Shown here: positions 9,705 to 20,696 of the stretch, in pieces
Numbering within the stretch: position 1 is the stretch's first letter
How the letters are laid out: each line of letters begins with the position of its first letter
Source of the DNA: Hyphomicrobiaceae bacterium
GTDB taxonomy: Bacteria > Pseudomonadota > Alphaproteobacteria > Rhizobiales > Hyphomicrobiaceae
Assembly: GCA_965224225.1 (NCBI GenBank)
Contig: CBDCZF010000025.1
Coordinates: 171,137-235,136, forward strand
Length of the DNA stretch: 64,000 nucleotides
Direction: 5' to 3'
The notes under the pieces: generated by a model
Seen by the model: the letters and a program-made list of their open reading frames with translations, nothing else
Told to the model about the DNA's origin: nothing
The model's database searches: none
Translations under genes and position numbers: made by a program

Positions 9705-10853
9705 ATGCGCGTGATCACAGAAACACAAGAGCTGGCAGAAGCGTGTGCTCGGCTGGCTGAACATTCCTTTGCAACGGTTGATACCGAATTCCTGCGCGAG
9801 AACACGTTCTGGCCGCAGCTCTGCCTGATTCAGATGGCGGGCCCTGACGAAGAACTGATCGTCGATCCGTTGGCCAATGGCTGTGATCTCGCCCCGTTTT
9901 TCGAGCTGATGGCGAACGAGGCGGTGACCAAGGTGTTTCACGCCGGCCGCCAGGATCTCGAAATCATCCACTCGAAGGCCGGCATCATCCCGAAGCCGCT
10001 GTTCGACACCCAGGTTGCCGCCATGGTCTGCGGCTTCGGCGAATCGATCGGCTACGTCAATCTGGTCAAGCGCGTGACCGGCGTCGATCTCGACAAGGGC
10101 GCGCGGTTCACCGACTGGAGCCGGCGACCGTTATCGAAGAAGCAGCTGACCTACGCGCTCGCCGACGTGACCCATCTGCGCGATATCTACCTGCATCTTG
10201 CCGATGAACTTGCAACCAGTGGCCGGGCGAACTGGGTCAGCGAAGAAATGGAAGTGCTAAGCGCGCCTGAAACCTATGCAGCCGAGCCCGATGAGGCTTG
10301 GCGGCGGTTGAAGATGCGTGTGCGCAACCGGCGTTCGCTCGCCATCATGATGGAACTTGCCGCCTGGCGCGAACGTGCTGCCCAGGCCCAGGACGTTCCG
10401 CGCAACCGCATTCTGCGTGATGAGGCGCTCTACGACATCGCCAATCAGGCACCGACCGATACCGCCAAGCTCGGCGAATTGAGAACCCTCAGTAACGGCT
10501 TCGCCCGTTCGGCGCGCGCAGGCGAGATCATCATGGCCGTCAAGGCCGGCCTCGAACGGGACCTTGGTAACGTACCGCGGATAAGCAGCGGCAATGGTCT
10601 CTCGGCCGAGGCGACGGCGATTTCCGATCTTTTGCGGGTCTACCTCAAGGCCTGTGCTGCACGCCATCGCGTGGCGCCGAGATTGATTGCCGATTCCGGC
10701 GACCTCGACCGGATCGCCTCGGAAGAAGCACCAGACGTGCGTGCGCTAAAGGGCTGGCGTCGCGAACATTTCGGCGCTGATGCCCTCCGCATTAAACGCG
10801 GTGAGGTGGCTTTGGCGGTGGTTGACGGCGAAGTCGTGACCGTGCCGCGATAG
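9705..10853 (+). CDS. rnd: ribonuclease D
   Basis: 382 aa with a DEDDy 3'-5' exonuclease N-terminus ('TVDTEFLRENTFWPQLCLIQ') plus HRDC-like C-terminal region. Confidence 0.85.
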   Translation: MRVITETQELAEACARLAEHSFATVDTEFLRENTFWPQLCLIQMAGPDEELIVDPLANGCDLAPFFELMANEAVTKVFHAGRQDLEIIHSKAGIIPKPLFDTQVAAMVCGFGESIGYVNLVKRVTGVDLDKGARFTDWSRRPLSKKQLTYALADVTHLRDIYLHLADELATSGRANWVSEEMEVLSAPETYAAEPDEAWRRLKMRVRNRRSLAIMMELAAWRERAAQAQDVPRNRILRDEALYDIANQAPTDTAKLGELRTLSNGFARSARAGEIIMAVKAGLERDLGNVPRISSGNGLSAEATAISDLLRVYLKACAARHRVAPRLIADSGDLDRIASEEAPDVRALKGWRREHFGADALRIKRGEVALAVVDGEVVTVPR

Positions 10854-10872
10854 GGTAGCGAATCGAGCGGTT

Positions 10873-11763
10873 TCAAACGCCGCCAATGCGCTGAACCTCG
10901 GCAAGGATCTCCTCCATTTCGCGATAGCCCCAGAAGTGGCCTTCATCGAGCAGCTCGATCACGCGGCATTTGGGAATACGGCGGCCGAGTTCGAGGGCGA
11001 CATTGACCGGCACGATCGTATCGCTCATGCCCTGCCAGAGGATCGCCGGTGCCGTGATGCGCTTGTAGTCGACGTCCCAGGGCTCCGAGAAGATCACCAT
11101 CTCTCGGCGCGCACCCGCACCATCAAAGCGCATGCTCTCGCGAATGTCCTCGAGGACATGCTTCTTGGTTTTGGGCGCGCTGAGGATCTCGCGATCGACC
11201 TTGGGCAGCGTGCGTACGAACACATCGTACTGCACACCCGGCGCAAACCTGAAGATGGCGTTGGCGCCACGCACCGCCCAGTTGGCGAGCTTTTCGTTGC
11301 TCGGAAGGCCGAGGAAGAAGCGCCGCTGCAGGTTCGACATCTCGATGTGTCCGGCGACATCGGCGACTGGTCCAAGCGGCGATACGAGGCCGAGTGCGCG
11401 CACGCGAGCCCCGAAGTGCGCCGCCGTGGCAACTGCGAACGGGCCGCCGCCCGAGATGCCGACCAGTGAAAACGTATCGAGCCTGAGATGGGCGAGTAGT
11501 GCTGAAACGTCGCCGATCCAGTCATGCAGCGAGCGGTCTGCCTGCGGTTCCGAAAGGCCGAAACCGGGCCGGTCCGGCGCGATGACACGCAGTCCAAGTC
11601 GCTTTGCGATCGCGGCGGTCGGCCGAAACATCAGCCTCGTCCCCGGAACACCGTGGAAGGCAAGGATCGGGCGGCCCCCGTGGTCACCGTATTCGGCAAA
11701 GCCGAGCAGGCGGCCGCTGGCGAGGCGGATGACGTGCTGCTCGGAAATGACGGCCTTGGTCAT
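10873..11763 (-). CDS. alpha/beta-fold hydrolase
   Basis: 'HGVPGTRLMF', a GISGG nucleophile elbow and Asp/His downstream. Start overlaps the rsmB stop. Confidence 0.75.
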   Translation of the reverse strand: MTKAVISEQHVIRLASGRLLGFAEYGDHGGRPILAFHGVPGTRLMFRPTAAIAKRLGLRVIAPDRPGFGLSEPQADRSLHDWIGDVSALLAHLRLDTFSLVGISGGGPFAVATAAHFGARVRALGLVSPLGPVADVAGHIEMSNLQRRFFLGLPSNEKLANWAVRGANAIFRFAPGVQYDVFVRTLPKVDREILSAPKTKKHVLEDIRESMRFDGAGARREMVIFSEPWDVDYKRITAPAILWQGMSDTIVPVNVALELGRRIPKCRVIELLDEGHFWGYREMEEILAEVQRIGGV

Positions 11764-13064
11764 GGTGCTCCGTGATACTCGAATACTGCGATGAAAAAGC
11801 CATCCGTGCCGTGGCTTGCAGGCGTCAGCAGCAGGCCGTCGCTGCCGCCATCGGCAGAAACCGGGACATCGTCACCGAGCGTGCCACGCCATTGCTCGCG
11901 GAAGGGCACGATCCGGTAATCATCGGATTGCGACAAGAACCATTGCACCTGATCGTTGTTTTCCTCGGCCAGTATCGAGCACGTCACGTAGACCAGACGA
12001 CCGCCCGGTTTGACGAGTTGACGTCCAAGCGTCAACACGGCCTGTTGATCGGCAATACGCGCTTCGAGGTTGGCTGGTGTCAGGCGCCATTTCGCATCCG
12101 GCCGGCGGCGCCAGGTGCCCGATCCCGTGCAGGGCGCATCGAGCAACACGACGTCGAACCGGCGGCCGAGCGCCAGGAGGGCAGCTTCATCGCCTGGTGG
12201 CACGGTCTGCACATTGCGCACGCCCGCCCGCTTCAGGCGTTCGAAGATCGGGCGCAGCTGGGCGGCATCGCGGTCGTAGGCATAGATCTGGCCGGTGTTG
12301 CGCATGGCAGCCCCAAGGGCCAGCGTTTTGCCGCCGGCACCGGCGCAGAGGTCGAGCACCTGCAAGCGCGGCCCGGCGCCGGCAAGGGCTGCCGCGATCT
12401 GGCTGCCTTCATCCTGGACCTCGAACCATCCCTTGCCGTGCGCGGGGTCGGCTTCGACATTGGGTGTCCGGCCACCGCCTGTTGGTGGCGCGAGGACGAT
12501 TCCGTCTGGGGCGAGCTTGGCGGGTTCGGGCGAGAACTTTGCCAGTGCCTTCATGACTTTGTCACGGGTCGCTTTGAGCGTGTTGGCGCGCAGGCCGACG
12601 GGCGCCCGGTTCTGGAAGGCGCTCATCTCCTCGACAAGACGGTCCCCGAATACCCGCGTGAGCGACGGGGCAAACACCTCGGGAAAATCGGCACGCACGT
12701 GATCGGGCAGACCACTATCGCCGCTGCCCGTGAGGCCGGCCGTTTCAGCCTCGCTCAAGGCACCGATGGCATGTGGTGAAGCGTCTGCCGCGGCAGCTGC
12801 GACTTCGGCAGGCGCCATGGCGAATGCCGTCGGGGCGGCGCCAATCGCGAGTGCGCGTGGTGCGTCGCTGGCCATCTGTGCAGAGATCGAAGCGCGCCGC
12901 CTTAGTGCGTCGTAGACCAGGTTCCCGATCGCAGCACGGTCACCGGAACCGGCGAATCGGTGCGAGCGTCCCCAATCGGCGAGCGCCAATGCAGCGGGCC
13001 GATGCCGGTTGAGGATCTCATCGAGCACTTCGGCGGCGGCCGCCATCCGCGCACCAGGCTTCAT
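11760..13064 (-). CDS. rsmB: 16S rRNA (cytosine967-C5)-methyltransferase RsmB (NOL1/NOP2/Sun family)
   Basis: 'VLDLCAGAGGKTLALGAAM' SAM motif, 'PCTGSGTWRR' and 'LVYVTCS' catalytic Cys motifs. Start chosen at ATG 13064 (MKPGAR...); the ORF extends upstream to 13262. Confidence 0.8.
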   Translation of the reverse strand: MKPGARMAAAAEVLDEILNRHRPAALALADWGRSHRFAGSGDRAAIGNLVYDALRRRASISAQMASDAPRALAIGAAPTAFAMAPAEVAAAAADASPHAIGALSEAETAGLTGSGDSGLPDHVRADFPEVFAPSLTRVFGDRLVEEMSAFQNRAPVGLRANTLKATRDKVMKALAKFSPEPAKLAPDGIVLAPPTGGGRTPNVEADPAHGKGWFEVQDEGSQIAAALAGAGPRLQVLDLCAGAGGKTLALGAAMRNTGQIYAYDRDAAQLRPIFERLKRAGVRNVQTVPPGDEAALLALGRRFDVVLLDAPCTGSGTWRRRPDAKWRLTPANLEARIADQQAVLTLGRQLVKPGGRLVYVTCSILAEENNDQVQWFLSQSDDYRIVPFREQWRGTLGDDVPVSADGGSDGLLLTPASHGTDGFFIAVFEYHGAP

Positions 13065-13125
13065 GGCGTATCCTCGAATATCGGCAGGGTGACGCAGATG
13101 ATCCCGTCGCCCGGCCCTGTTTGCG

Positions 13126-14613
13126 TCAGGTACTGCCAGGATAGTTCGGGCTCTCGCGCGTGATGGCAACGCCATGGGCGTGCGATTCGCGAATCGCGGC
13201 AGGTGAAATGCGCACGAACTTGGCACGGCCGGTAAGCTCTGGGAGCGTTCTGGCGCCGACATAGCCCATGCCGGCGCGGAGACCGCCGACGAGCTGGTGC
13301 AGCACCTTGGCGACGGGGCCCTTATAGGGCACCTGGCCTTCGATACCTTCGGGCACCAGTTTTAGAGCGTCCTTCACCTCCTGCTGGAAATAGCGGTCGG
13401 CCGAGCCGCGCGCCATGGCACCGACCGAGCCCATGCCGCGATAGGCTTTGTAGGTGCGGCCCTGGTAGAGATACGTCTCGCCCGGTGCCTCGTCGGTGCC
13501 GGCCAGTAGCGAGCCGACCATCGCGCAGCTGGCGCCGGCAGCGAGCGCCTTGGTGACGTCGCCCGAAAACTTGATGCCGCCGTCGGCGATCGTCGGAATG
13601 CCGGACTTGGCGGCTTCCTCAACGCAATCCATGATGGCCGAGAGTTGCGGCATGCCGACGCCGGCAACGATACGTGTCGTACAGATCGAACCGGGGCCGA
13701 TGCCGACCTTGATCGAATCGGCACCCGCATCGATCAGCGCCCGCGTTGCCTCGCCGGTCGCAACGTTACCGGCGATCACCTGCACGCTGTTGGAGGCTTT
13801 CTTGATGCGGTTGACCGCCTCCAGAACCCGGCTCGAATGGCCGTGCGCGGTATCGACGACGATCAGGTCGCAGCCAGCATCGATCAAGCGCTCCGTGCGC
13901 TCGAAGCCGTCCTCGCCGACCGTCGTTGCCGCTGCGACCCTGAGGCGGCCCTGCTCGTCCTTGCAGGCGTCAGGATGCTGCTGCGCCTTTTCGATGTCCT
14001 TGACCGTGATCAGCCCGACGCAGCGGTAAGCCTCGTCGACCACGATCAGTTTTTCAATGCGGTTGGTGTGCAGCAGCCGCTTGGCCTCTTCGCGCGCGAC
14101 CCCCATCCGCACCGTGACCAGGTTGGTCCGCGTCATCAGTTCGGAGATCGGCTGGTCCGGGTTGGTTGCAAAGCGCACGTCCCGGTTGGTGAGAATGCCG
14201 ACCAGCTTGCCGCCGCCCGATTTCTCGACCACGGGCACGCCGGAGATCCTGTGTTCCGACATCAAGCTCAACGCATCGGCAAGCGTCGCGTCCGGCGCCA
14301 TGGTCACCGGATTGATGACCATGCCACTTTCGAATTTCTTGACGCGTTCGACGTGCTTGGCCTGATCTGCGGGATCGAGGTTGCGGTGGATCACGCCGAT
14401 GCCGCCGGCCTGCGCCATCGCGATCGCCAGGCTGCTTTCGGTCACGGTATCCATGGCCGACGAGATGATCGGAATATTGAGGGAGATCGTTTTGGTGACG
14501 TTGGTTGCGACGTTGACATCGCCCGGCATGACTTCCGATGCCTGGGGAATGAGCAGGACGTCGTCAAACGTCAGCCCGACGTTCGACAGAATATCGACCG
14601 GGCGTACCGCCAT
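13126..14613 (-). CDS. guaB: IMP dehydrogenase
   Basis: '[15 protein letters not shown]', CBS pair and catalytic '[11 protein letters not shown]' loop. ATG at 14613 has a GGAG RBS. Confidence 0.9.
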   Translation of the reverse strand: MAVRPVDILSNVGLTFDDVLLIPQASEVMPGDVNVATNVTKTISLNIPIISSAMDTVTESSLAIAMAQAGGIGVIHRNLDPADQAKHVERVKKFESGMVINPVTMAPDATLADALSLMSEHRISGVPVVEKSGGGKLVGILTNRDVRFATNPDQPISELMTRTNLVTVRMGVAREEAKRLLHTNRIEKLIVVDEAYRCVGLITVKDIEKAQQHPDACKDEQGRLRVAAATTVGEDGFERTERLIDAGCDLIVVDTAHGHSSRVLEAVNRIKKASNSVQVIAGNVATGEATRALIDAGADSIKVGIGPGSICTTRIVAGVGMPQLSAIMDCVEEAAKSGIPTIADGGIKFSGDVTKALAAGASCAMVGSLLAGTDEAPGETYLYQGRTYKAYRGMGSVGAMARGSADRYFQQEVKDALKLVPEGIEGQVPYKGPVAKVLHQLVGGLRAGMGYVGARTLPELTGRAKFVRISPAAIRESHAHGVAITRESPNYPGST

Positions 14614-14860
14614 TGTGTGCTCCATGTCCTGAAACAGGTTCATAACCGAACCGATTTCGCACTGGCGATAGCACGTTGGTTGGGCGAGGAAAAGGGCGGT
14701 TGAAAGCGCATTGGTTGCCCGCCCTGCCAGGCTCAAATTCGAACGAGTAGCTTGCCAAGATAAAAATTCAGCACTGGGGACTGTTCAAAGGTGCAGTGTT
14801 ACTAACATGTGCCGAGACCTGAACCCGGCGAACGAAGTCGACATCCAGAGAAGGAATGAG

Positions 14861-16021
14861 ATGGCCAAAGCAGGCGGGAAGGACATATTGGTTTTGAATG
14901 CTGGATCGTCGTCGATCAAGTTCGCCCTTTTTGACGATGATCTGGCAACGGTTGCCGCTGGAATGGCGGCAGAGATTGGCGCGGGCGGTTTCTTGGAGGT
15001 TGACGGGAAACGGGAGCAGACGCCGCTGGTGGATCATCAGTCAGCGCTATCGGCAATATTCGCAGCGTTGAAAGAGATGGGCTTAACGCCCGATCGGTTC
15101 CGCGCAGCGGCCCACCGCGTCGTTCATGGCGGACGCAAATTGTCGGGACCTGTGAAGCTGAATGACGAAGTTATCGCGGAGATTGCCTCCTGCACACCGC
15201 TTGCGCCGCTACACAACCCCCACAACCTAGCGGCTATCACGGCCATACAGAAAGTCGCGCCTGATCTGCCGCAATACGCGAGTTTTGACACCGCCTTTCA
15301 TACCACCAACCCCGATGTCGCCACGCGCTACGCGATTCCGCGCCTGATGGAGACGAAAGGGATCCGCCGGTACGGCTTTCACGGGTTGTCCTATGCCTCG
15401 CTGGTTCGAGCATTGCCGGAACTGTCGGACGAGCCGCTCCCTTCGCGCCTGTTAGCATTCCATTTGGGAAACGGTGCCTCGCTTTGCGCGATCAAGAATG
15501 GGAAATCCATCGCGACCACAATGGGGTATTCGCCGCTCGACGGATTGACCATGGGCACGCGGTCCGGCGGCATCGATGCCAATGCCGTTTTGCGGCTCGT
15601 CGAAGAACATGGGCTGGAACGGACCAAGGCAATCCTGAACCACGAGAGTGGACTGCTGGGCCTCTCGGGCGGCAAGTCGGACATGCGCAAGTTGATGCTG
15701 GACCCGTCGGCGGACAGTGCTTTTGCGATCGAGCATTTCGTCTATTGGTCGATCCGCCATGCAGGTTCGCTGATCGCGGCCATGGGCGGCATCGACACGA
15801 TGGCCTTCACGGGTGGCATCGGCGAGAACGCAGTTGCCGTGCGGGCCGAGGTTTGCCGACATCTGCAATGGCTCGGGGTACGGATGGACCCCGATGCCAA
15901 TCACCGCAACGCTAAACGGTTGCATTCAAAGACATCAAAGGTGTCGATCTGGATCGTTCCAGCGGAGGAAGAAAAGATGATCGCGATCGACGCCTTATCG
16001 TTGATCGATGCTCATCGTTAG
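14861..16021 (+). CDS. ackA: acetate kinase
   Basis: 'ILVLNAGSSSIKFALF' N-terminus and 'RRYGFHGLSY' motif. ATG at 14861 follows an AAGGA RBS. Divergent from guaB. Confidence 0.85.
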   Translation: MAKAGGKDILVLNAGSSSIKFALFDDDLATVAAGMAAEIGAGGFLEVDGKREQTPLVDHQSALSAIFAALKEMGLTPDRFRAAAHRVVHGGRKLSGPVKLNDEVIAEIASCTPLAPLHNPHNLAAITAIQKVAPDLPQYASFDTAFHTTNPDVATRYAIPRLMETKGIRRYGFHGLSYASLVRALPELSDEPLPSRLLAFHLGNGASLCAIKNGKSIATTMGYSPLDGLTMGTRSGGIDANAVLRLVEEHGLERTKAILNHESGLLGLSGGKSDMRKLMLDPSADSAFAIEHFVYWSIRHAGSLIAAMGGIDTMAFTGGIGENAVAVRAEVCRHLQWLGVRMDPDANHRNAKRLHSKTSKVSIWIVPAEEEKMIAIDALSLIDAHR

Positions 16022-16074
16022 GGCCCGATCGTAGCCGCGTGATCCCGGTGGTCGTGTGCCTGGAATTCTGTTCG

Positions 16075-17004
16075 CTACGCACTTCGGCCAGGTACGCCTC
16101 GGCGGCCTAACAACCGATCGATCAAGCGGCCATCGATAAAGAGAAGCCCGATGCCGATGACAATTGCCCCGATGATCTCCTTGGGGCGAATGGGCTCATC
16201 CAAGAACACATTCCCCAACAACAATGCAGTGACAGGAATGAGAAGCGTGACAAGCATGACATTGCTTGCGCCGGCACGAACCAGAATCTGGAAGAAGACA
16301 ATGTAGGCCAAGGCGGTGCCGAAGATCGCCAGCGCAAGTAGCGAGTATATGGTTGTCTCGCTTGGCGGGGCCAACGTCCAAGGACGATCAACAAGTGTAA
16401 CCAGGAACATCATAATGAGTGTCGAGCAGATCAATTGGCATGTTGCAGATTTCAGTGGCGCAATACCCGCCAGCTGGCGCCGTCCCCAAAGTGCCGCGAA
16501 GCCGTAACTGAGTGCACCAGCCACGCAGAGCACGATGCCCAGGGTCTGGGGGCCTTCGATCGGGCCTTCAAGGCCGCGCAGTATCGCTACACCCACGACG
16601 CCGAGTAAGACGCCGATCACACGAAAGATGGTCAGATGCTCCTCGCGAAAGCTCGCCATCACTATAACTGTGAACAGAGGGGTCATGGCGTTAATGATCG
16701 ACGACAGGCCAACGGTAATGTGCGTTTGACCGGCGAAGATAAAGCCGAATGGCAGCACGTTGTTGAGCAGGCCCATGCCAAAAAATGGGAGCCAGTCGGA
16801 GAAACATCTCGGCAGTGCGTGGCCAAAGTACCAAAACAGCGGCAGCAGGGCGACGGCCGCCAGAAATACTCGGGCCAACACGACAGTCAGCGGCGGTAGC
16901 TCTTTCACTGCAACGCCTGCAAAGAAATACGCACCACCCCACAGCACGGAAAGCAGAATCAACAAGCTCCAATCGAGACCGTCCATTGTCTTTGGTGCTT
17001 CCAT
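16075..17004 (-). CDS. DMT-superfamily (EamA-like) transporter
   Basis: ~10 TM helices as two EamA repeats. AGGGGG RBS before ATG 17004. Confidence 0.8.
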   Translation of the reverse strand: MEAPKTMDGLDWSLLILLSVLWGGAYFFAGVAVKELPPLTVVLARVFLAAVALLPLFWYFGHALPRCFSDWLPFFGMGLLNNVLPFGFIFAGQTHITVGLSSIINAMTPLFTVIVMASFREEHLTIFRVIGVLLGVVGVAILRGLEGPIEGPQTLGIVLCVAGALSYGFAALWGRRQLAGIAPLKSATCQLICSTLIMMFLVTLVDRPWTLAPPSETTIYSLLALAIFGTALAYIVFFQILVRAGASNVMLVTLLIPVTALLLGNVFLDEPIRPKEIIGAIVIGIGLLFIDGRLIDRLLGRRGVPGRSA

Positions 17005-17171
17005 CGTGCTGCCCCCTACTCGTCAAAGAGAACAGCGAAAGTGGCGCGGTCGGAGCCATTTATCGACCCGATTCTTGTTCTGAGCGGTTGGCAGGTTGTC
17101 GACGAGATCGAGAGACTACAGCCCTGAGGTCATTGAACAGCCGTGCCCATCAATCTGTTCTTAAAACTGCT

Positions 17172-17909
17172 TCATTCGCTATCGTCCGGGACTTCGCGAA
17201 ACCCCGTCGCCAGCACATAAAGTTCCGAACTTTCCGCCCGGCTGGCTGGCGGCTTGACGTGGCGCACGGTCCGGAACCGGCGCTTGAGCAGGTCCAGCAA
17301 TTCGCGCTCCGTGCCGCCCTGGAAGACCTTGCACAGAAAGGTGCCGCCGGGTCTGAGCACCTCGATCGCGAAGTCTGCTGCCGCTTCGGCAAGGCCCATG
17401 ATCCGCAAGTGATCGGTGCGGGCATGACCAGTAGTCGATGCGGCCATGTCCGAGACGACGGCATCGGCGCCCCCCTCACGCAGGCGTTCCTTCAACGCGC
17501 GAGGCGCATCGTCATCCATGAAGTCGAGCTGTATGACCTCGGCGCCGGCAATCGGGTCTGTTTCGAGGATATCGATGGCGACGACCTGGCCGCGCCCGTC
17601 GAGCGACTTGACCTTGTCGACCAGCACCTGCGTCCAGCCGCCCGGCGCCGCGCCAAGGTCGACGACGACGTCGCCGGGTTTGAGAAAGGCATGCTTGTCG
17701 TTGATTTCAATCAGCTTAAAGGCGGCGCGTGAACGCCAGCCAGCCTCTTGTGCGGCCGCGACATAGGGGTCGTTGAGCTGGCGCTCGAGCCATTTACGCG
17801 AAGACGCGCGCCTCTTGGTGGCGCTATCGACCCGCACCTTGAGCGAGCGCCCCCGGCCCGATCCGGCGCCTGGCGGCCTCGGGCCACGTCCTGATCGCTG
17901 CTTTGCCAT
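17172..17909 (-). CDS. rlmE: 23S rRNA (uridine2552-2'-O)-methyltransferase RlmE/FtsJ
   Basis: '[21 protein letters not shown]' SAM-binding motif, K-D-K-E catalytic residues, basic N-terminal extension. Confidence 0.85.
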   Translation of the reverse strand: MAKQRSGRGPRPPGAGSGRGRSLKVRVDSATKRRASSRKWLERQLNDPYVAAAQEAGWRSRAAFKLIEINDKHAFLKPGDVVVDLGAAPGGWTQVLVDKVKSLDGRGQVVAIDILETDPIAGAEVIQLDFMDDDAPRALKERLREGGADAVVSDMAASTTGHARTDHLRIMGLAEAAADFAIEVLRPGGTFLCKVFQGGTERELLDLLKRRFRTVRHVKPPASRAESSELYVLATGFREVPDDSE

Positions 17910-17926
17910 GGCGTGTGTCCCGCCGC

Positions 17927-19096
17927 TCAGTCCGGACGCGCCGGGCCGGGAGGTGGTGCCCGCATGAAACCGTCCTCAGCCATCATGGTCGCCAACATGC
18001 CCTCGCGCAGGCCTCGGTCGGCGACGCGCAGGCGCTTGGTCGGCCAGGCGCGCATCAGGGCTTCAAGGATGGCGCAGCCGGCAAGCACGAGATCTGCCCG
18101 GTCACGCCCGATGCAGGGCTGCGCGACGCGCTGCTCGTAGGACTTGTCGAGGAGATCGTACGTCACGTCGCGCACATCGGTACAATCGAGCCAGCAGCCG
18201 TCGACCCGGCGCCGGTCATAGCGGGGCAGGCGCAATTGGATACCGGCAACCGTGGTCACAGTCCCCGAGGTGCCAAGAAAATGGACACGTCCCGTCTCGA
18301 TGCGTTCGCGGAAGTTGTGGCGTTGCTCGAACGGCTCGATCAGTTCGAGCACCCAGTTCACCATGTCCTCGAAATCCTCGTGGCGCACGTGGCGCCCGCC
18401 GAACTTTTCGGCAAGCGAGACGACACCGACCGGCAACGAGGTCCAGGCGGCGATACAGCCTGTCGTGTCGAGCCAGCGTTCCGGATCTGCCCGCAAAGCC
18501 TCACGGCGCTTGGCGATGTCGAGCCAGACGAGTTCGGACGAGCCGCCGCCGATATCGAAAACCAAGGCGTGATCGCAGGCTTCATCGATCAGCGACTGGC
18601 AGCCTGACACGGCCAGTTGGGCTTCGGTCTCGCGGGACAGGACTTCGAGGGTCATACCCACGTCGCGGCGCACCTGCTCGATGAATTGGGCACCGTTCAG
18701 GGCCGAGCGGCAGGCCTCGGTGGCGACCAGACGCGAGCGCGTTACGTTGTTGCGCACCATCTTGGTCGCACAAACTTTGAGCGCATCGATGGTGCGCGCC
18801 ATGGCGGCGTCCGAGAGATAACCGGTGACGGCGGCCCCTTCACCAAGCCGGATGATTCTCGAAAACGCATCGATGACCCGAAAGCCGCGCCGGCTTGGCC
18901 GTGCGATCAGCAGCCGGCAGTTGTTGGTGCCGAGATCGAGGGCTGCGTAGGTGGGGTTTTCGTAGCCATCGCCGTCGAAGCTATCGCGTTGCTCGCCCGA
19001 TCGATCGGGCAAAACCTGGCCGTCCACCTGACAGGGTGACCTGCCGGTGCTCGATTTTCTGCCGGTCATTGTGCGATTGCGGCCGGGGCCACGCAC
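17927..19096 (-). CDS. ppx: Ppx/GppA-family exopolyphosphatase / guanosine pentaphosphate phosphohydrolase
   Basis: '[17 protein letters not shown]' ASKHA N-terminus and '[11 protein letters not shown]' motif. GTG start at 19096 has a GAGGAGGG RBS. Confidence 0.8.
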   Translation of the reverse strand: MRGPGRNRTMTGRKSSTGRSPCQVDGQVLPDRSGEQRDSFDGDGYENPTYAALDLGTNNCRLLIARPSRRGFRVIDAFSRIIRLGEGAAVTGYLSDAAMARTIDALKVCATKMVRNNVTRSRLVATEACRSALNGAQFIEQVRRDVGMTLEVLSRETEAQLAVSGCQSLIDEACDHALVFDIGGGSSELVWLDIAKRREALRADPERWLDTTGCIAAWTSLPVGVVSLAEKFGGRHVRHEDFEDMVNWVLELIEPFEQRHNFRERIETGRVHFLGTSGTVTTVAGIQLRLPRYDRRRVDGCWLDCTDVRDVTYDLLDKSYEQRVAQPCIGRDRADLVLAGCAILEALMRAWPTKRLRVADRGLREGMLATMMAEDGFMRAPPPGPARPD

Positions 19097-19332
19097 TCAA
19101 TCCCTCCTCGATCGCATGTTTTTGCCTGAATCTCGGGCTCAGGACTGCTGATCACCCCCGACTACAAACGGGGCAGGTTATCTGCCTGCAGCCTACCGTG
19201 TTCTTGGCTATAGCGAAACAGTCAGCGAAATTGCGGCAACAACGTTGACGGATGACAGATACGAAATATCCAAACTGTTGCGCGAATAGGACGCCTGCTG
19301 TCCCGTTGGGGGGGCAATCGTCGGCTCGGTGC

Positions 19333-20568
19333 TCAGGCGGTGACCGTCTTCAAGCCCTCGAAAGCGCCTGCTTCCCGCACCAGCCGCTCGGCGACCTCGT
19401 CCTTGCTCATTCGCGGCCAGTGGACGACATCTTTTGCCGATTTAAGCACATGCACCTCGTTATGGCCGCCGCCCATGATGCCGGTCTTGGGGGACACATC
19501 GTTGGCAACGATCCAGTCGCAACCCTTTCTGGTGCGCTTTTGCTTGGCGTGTTTGACGACGTTCTCGGTCTCGGCCGCAAAACCGATCACGAGGTGCGGC
19601 CGCAGCCCCTTCTTGAGTCTTGAAACGGTGCGTAGGATGTCGGGGTTCTCAACAAGCTCGAGTTGCGGGGCAGCCTTGCCGCCCTTTTTGATCTTCTGCT
19701 CCGCGGTCCCCGCAACGCGCCAGTCGGCGACGGCGGCCGTGAAGACCGCTACGTCGGCCGGCAGCGAGGCTTCGACGGCTGCGAGCATGTCGCGGGCGCT
19801 CTCGACCTGGATAGTTTCGAGTCCGGCAGGTGGTTCGAGGTGGGTCGGACCGGCAACCAGCGTGACGTCAGCGCCGAGGCGATGGGCTGCCGCGGCAATC
19901 GCATAGCCCTGTTGGCCGGAAGACCGATTCGCGATGTAGCGCACGGGGTCGATCGGCTCATGCGTCGGCCCGGCCGTGACCAGGAAGCGCAACCCCCCGA
20001 GCGGCTTGTCAGCCCCCGCCAGCTCGGCCTCAACCGCTTCGAGCAGCCGTCGCGGCTCAACCATACGGCCGGCACCAGCTTCACCGCTTTCCGCCATCTC
20101 GCCGACATCCGGTCCGATGAACAGAACCCCGTCTCGTCGAAGCTGGTCGACGTTCCGCCGGGTCGCAGGATGAGCCCACATACGCGGGTTCATGGCAGGC
20201 GCGGCCAGCACCGGTTTGTCCGTCGCCATCAACAGGGTCGAGGCCAGATCATCGGCGATGCCGGCCGCCATCTTGGCGATGATGTTGGCAGTTGCGGGGG
20301 CCACGACCACCAGGTCGGCCTCGCGCGAGAGGCGGATGTGGCCGATTTCATGTTCGTCGTTGAGATCGAAGAGCTCGGTATAAACCCGATCATTACTCAG
20401 GGCGCCTACCGACAGCGGCGTAATGAATTGCCGGGCCGAAGCCGTCATGACGACGCGCGCACCAATTCCCCGGTCACGAGCTCGGCGAATGAATTCGAGA
20501 CACTTATAGGCTGCAATACCGCCGGTGATGATCAGCAGAATGCGGTGATGGACGTCAGGTTTCGACAT
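19333..20568 (-). CDS. coaBC: bifunctional phosphopantothenoylcysteine decarboxylase / phosphopantothenate--cysteine ligase
   Basis: N-terminal flavoprotein domain ('ILLIITGGIAAYK') plus DFP ligase domain. ATG at 20568 (MSKPDV...). Confidence 0.9.
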   Translation of the reverse strand: MSKPDVHHRILLIITGGIAAYKCLEFIRRARDRGIGARVVMTASARQFITPLSVGALSNDRVYTELFDLNDEHEIGHIRLSREADLVVVAPATANIIAKMAAGIADDLASTLLMATDKPVLAAPAMNPRMWAHPATRRNVDQLRRDGVLFIGPDVGEMAESGEAGAGRMVEPRRLLEAVEAELAGADKPLGGLRFLVTAGPTHEPIDPVRYIANRSSGQQGYAIAAAAHRLGADVTLVAGPTHLEPPAGLETIQVESARDMLAAVEASLPADVAVFTAAVADWRVAGTAEQKIKKGGKAAPQLELVENPDILRTVSRLKKGLRPHLVIGFAAETENVVKHAKQKRTRKGCDWIVANDVSPKTGIMGGGHNEVHVLKSAKDVVHWPRMSKDEVAERLVREAGAFEGLKTVTA

Positions 20569-20696
20569 GCTTGCAATGTGGTGGTCTCGATCATCGAGCC
20601 CAAGCATATCATGTGCCATTATCAATTATGGTTAAGAATGAGTATAAACGTGCCTTAGCAGACACATCACAGGTTATCTGGTGGCCGTATGACGCC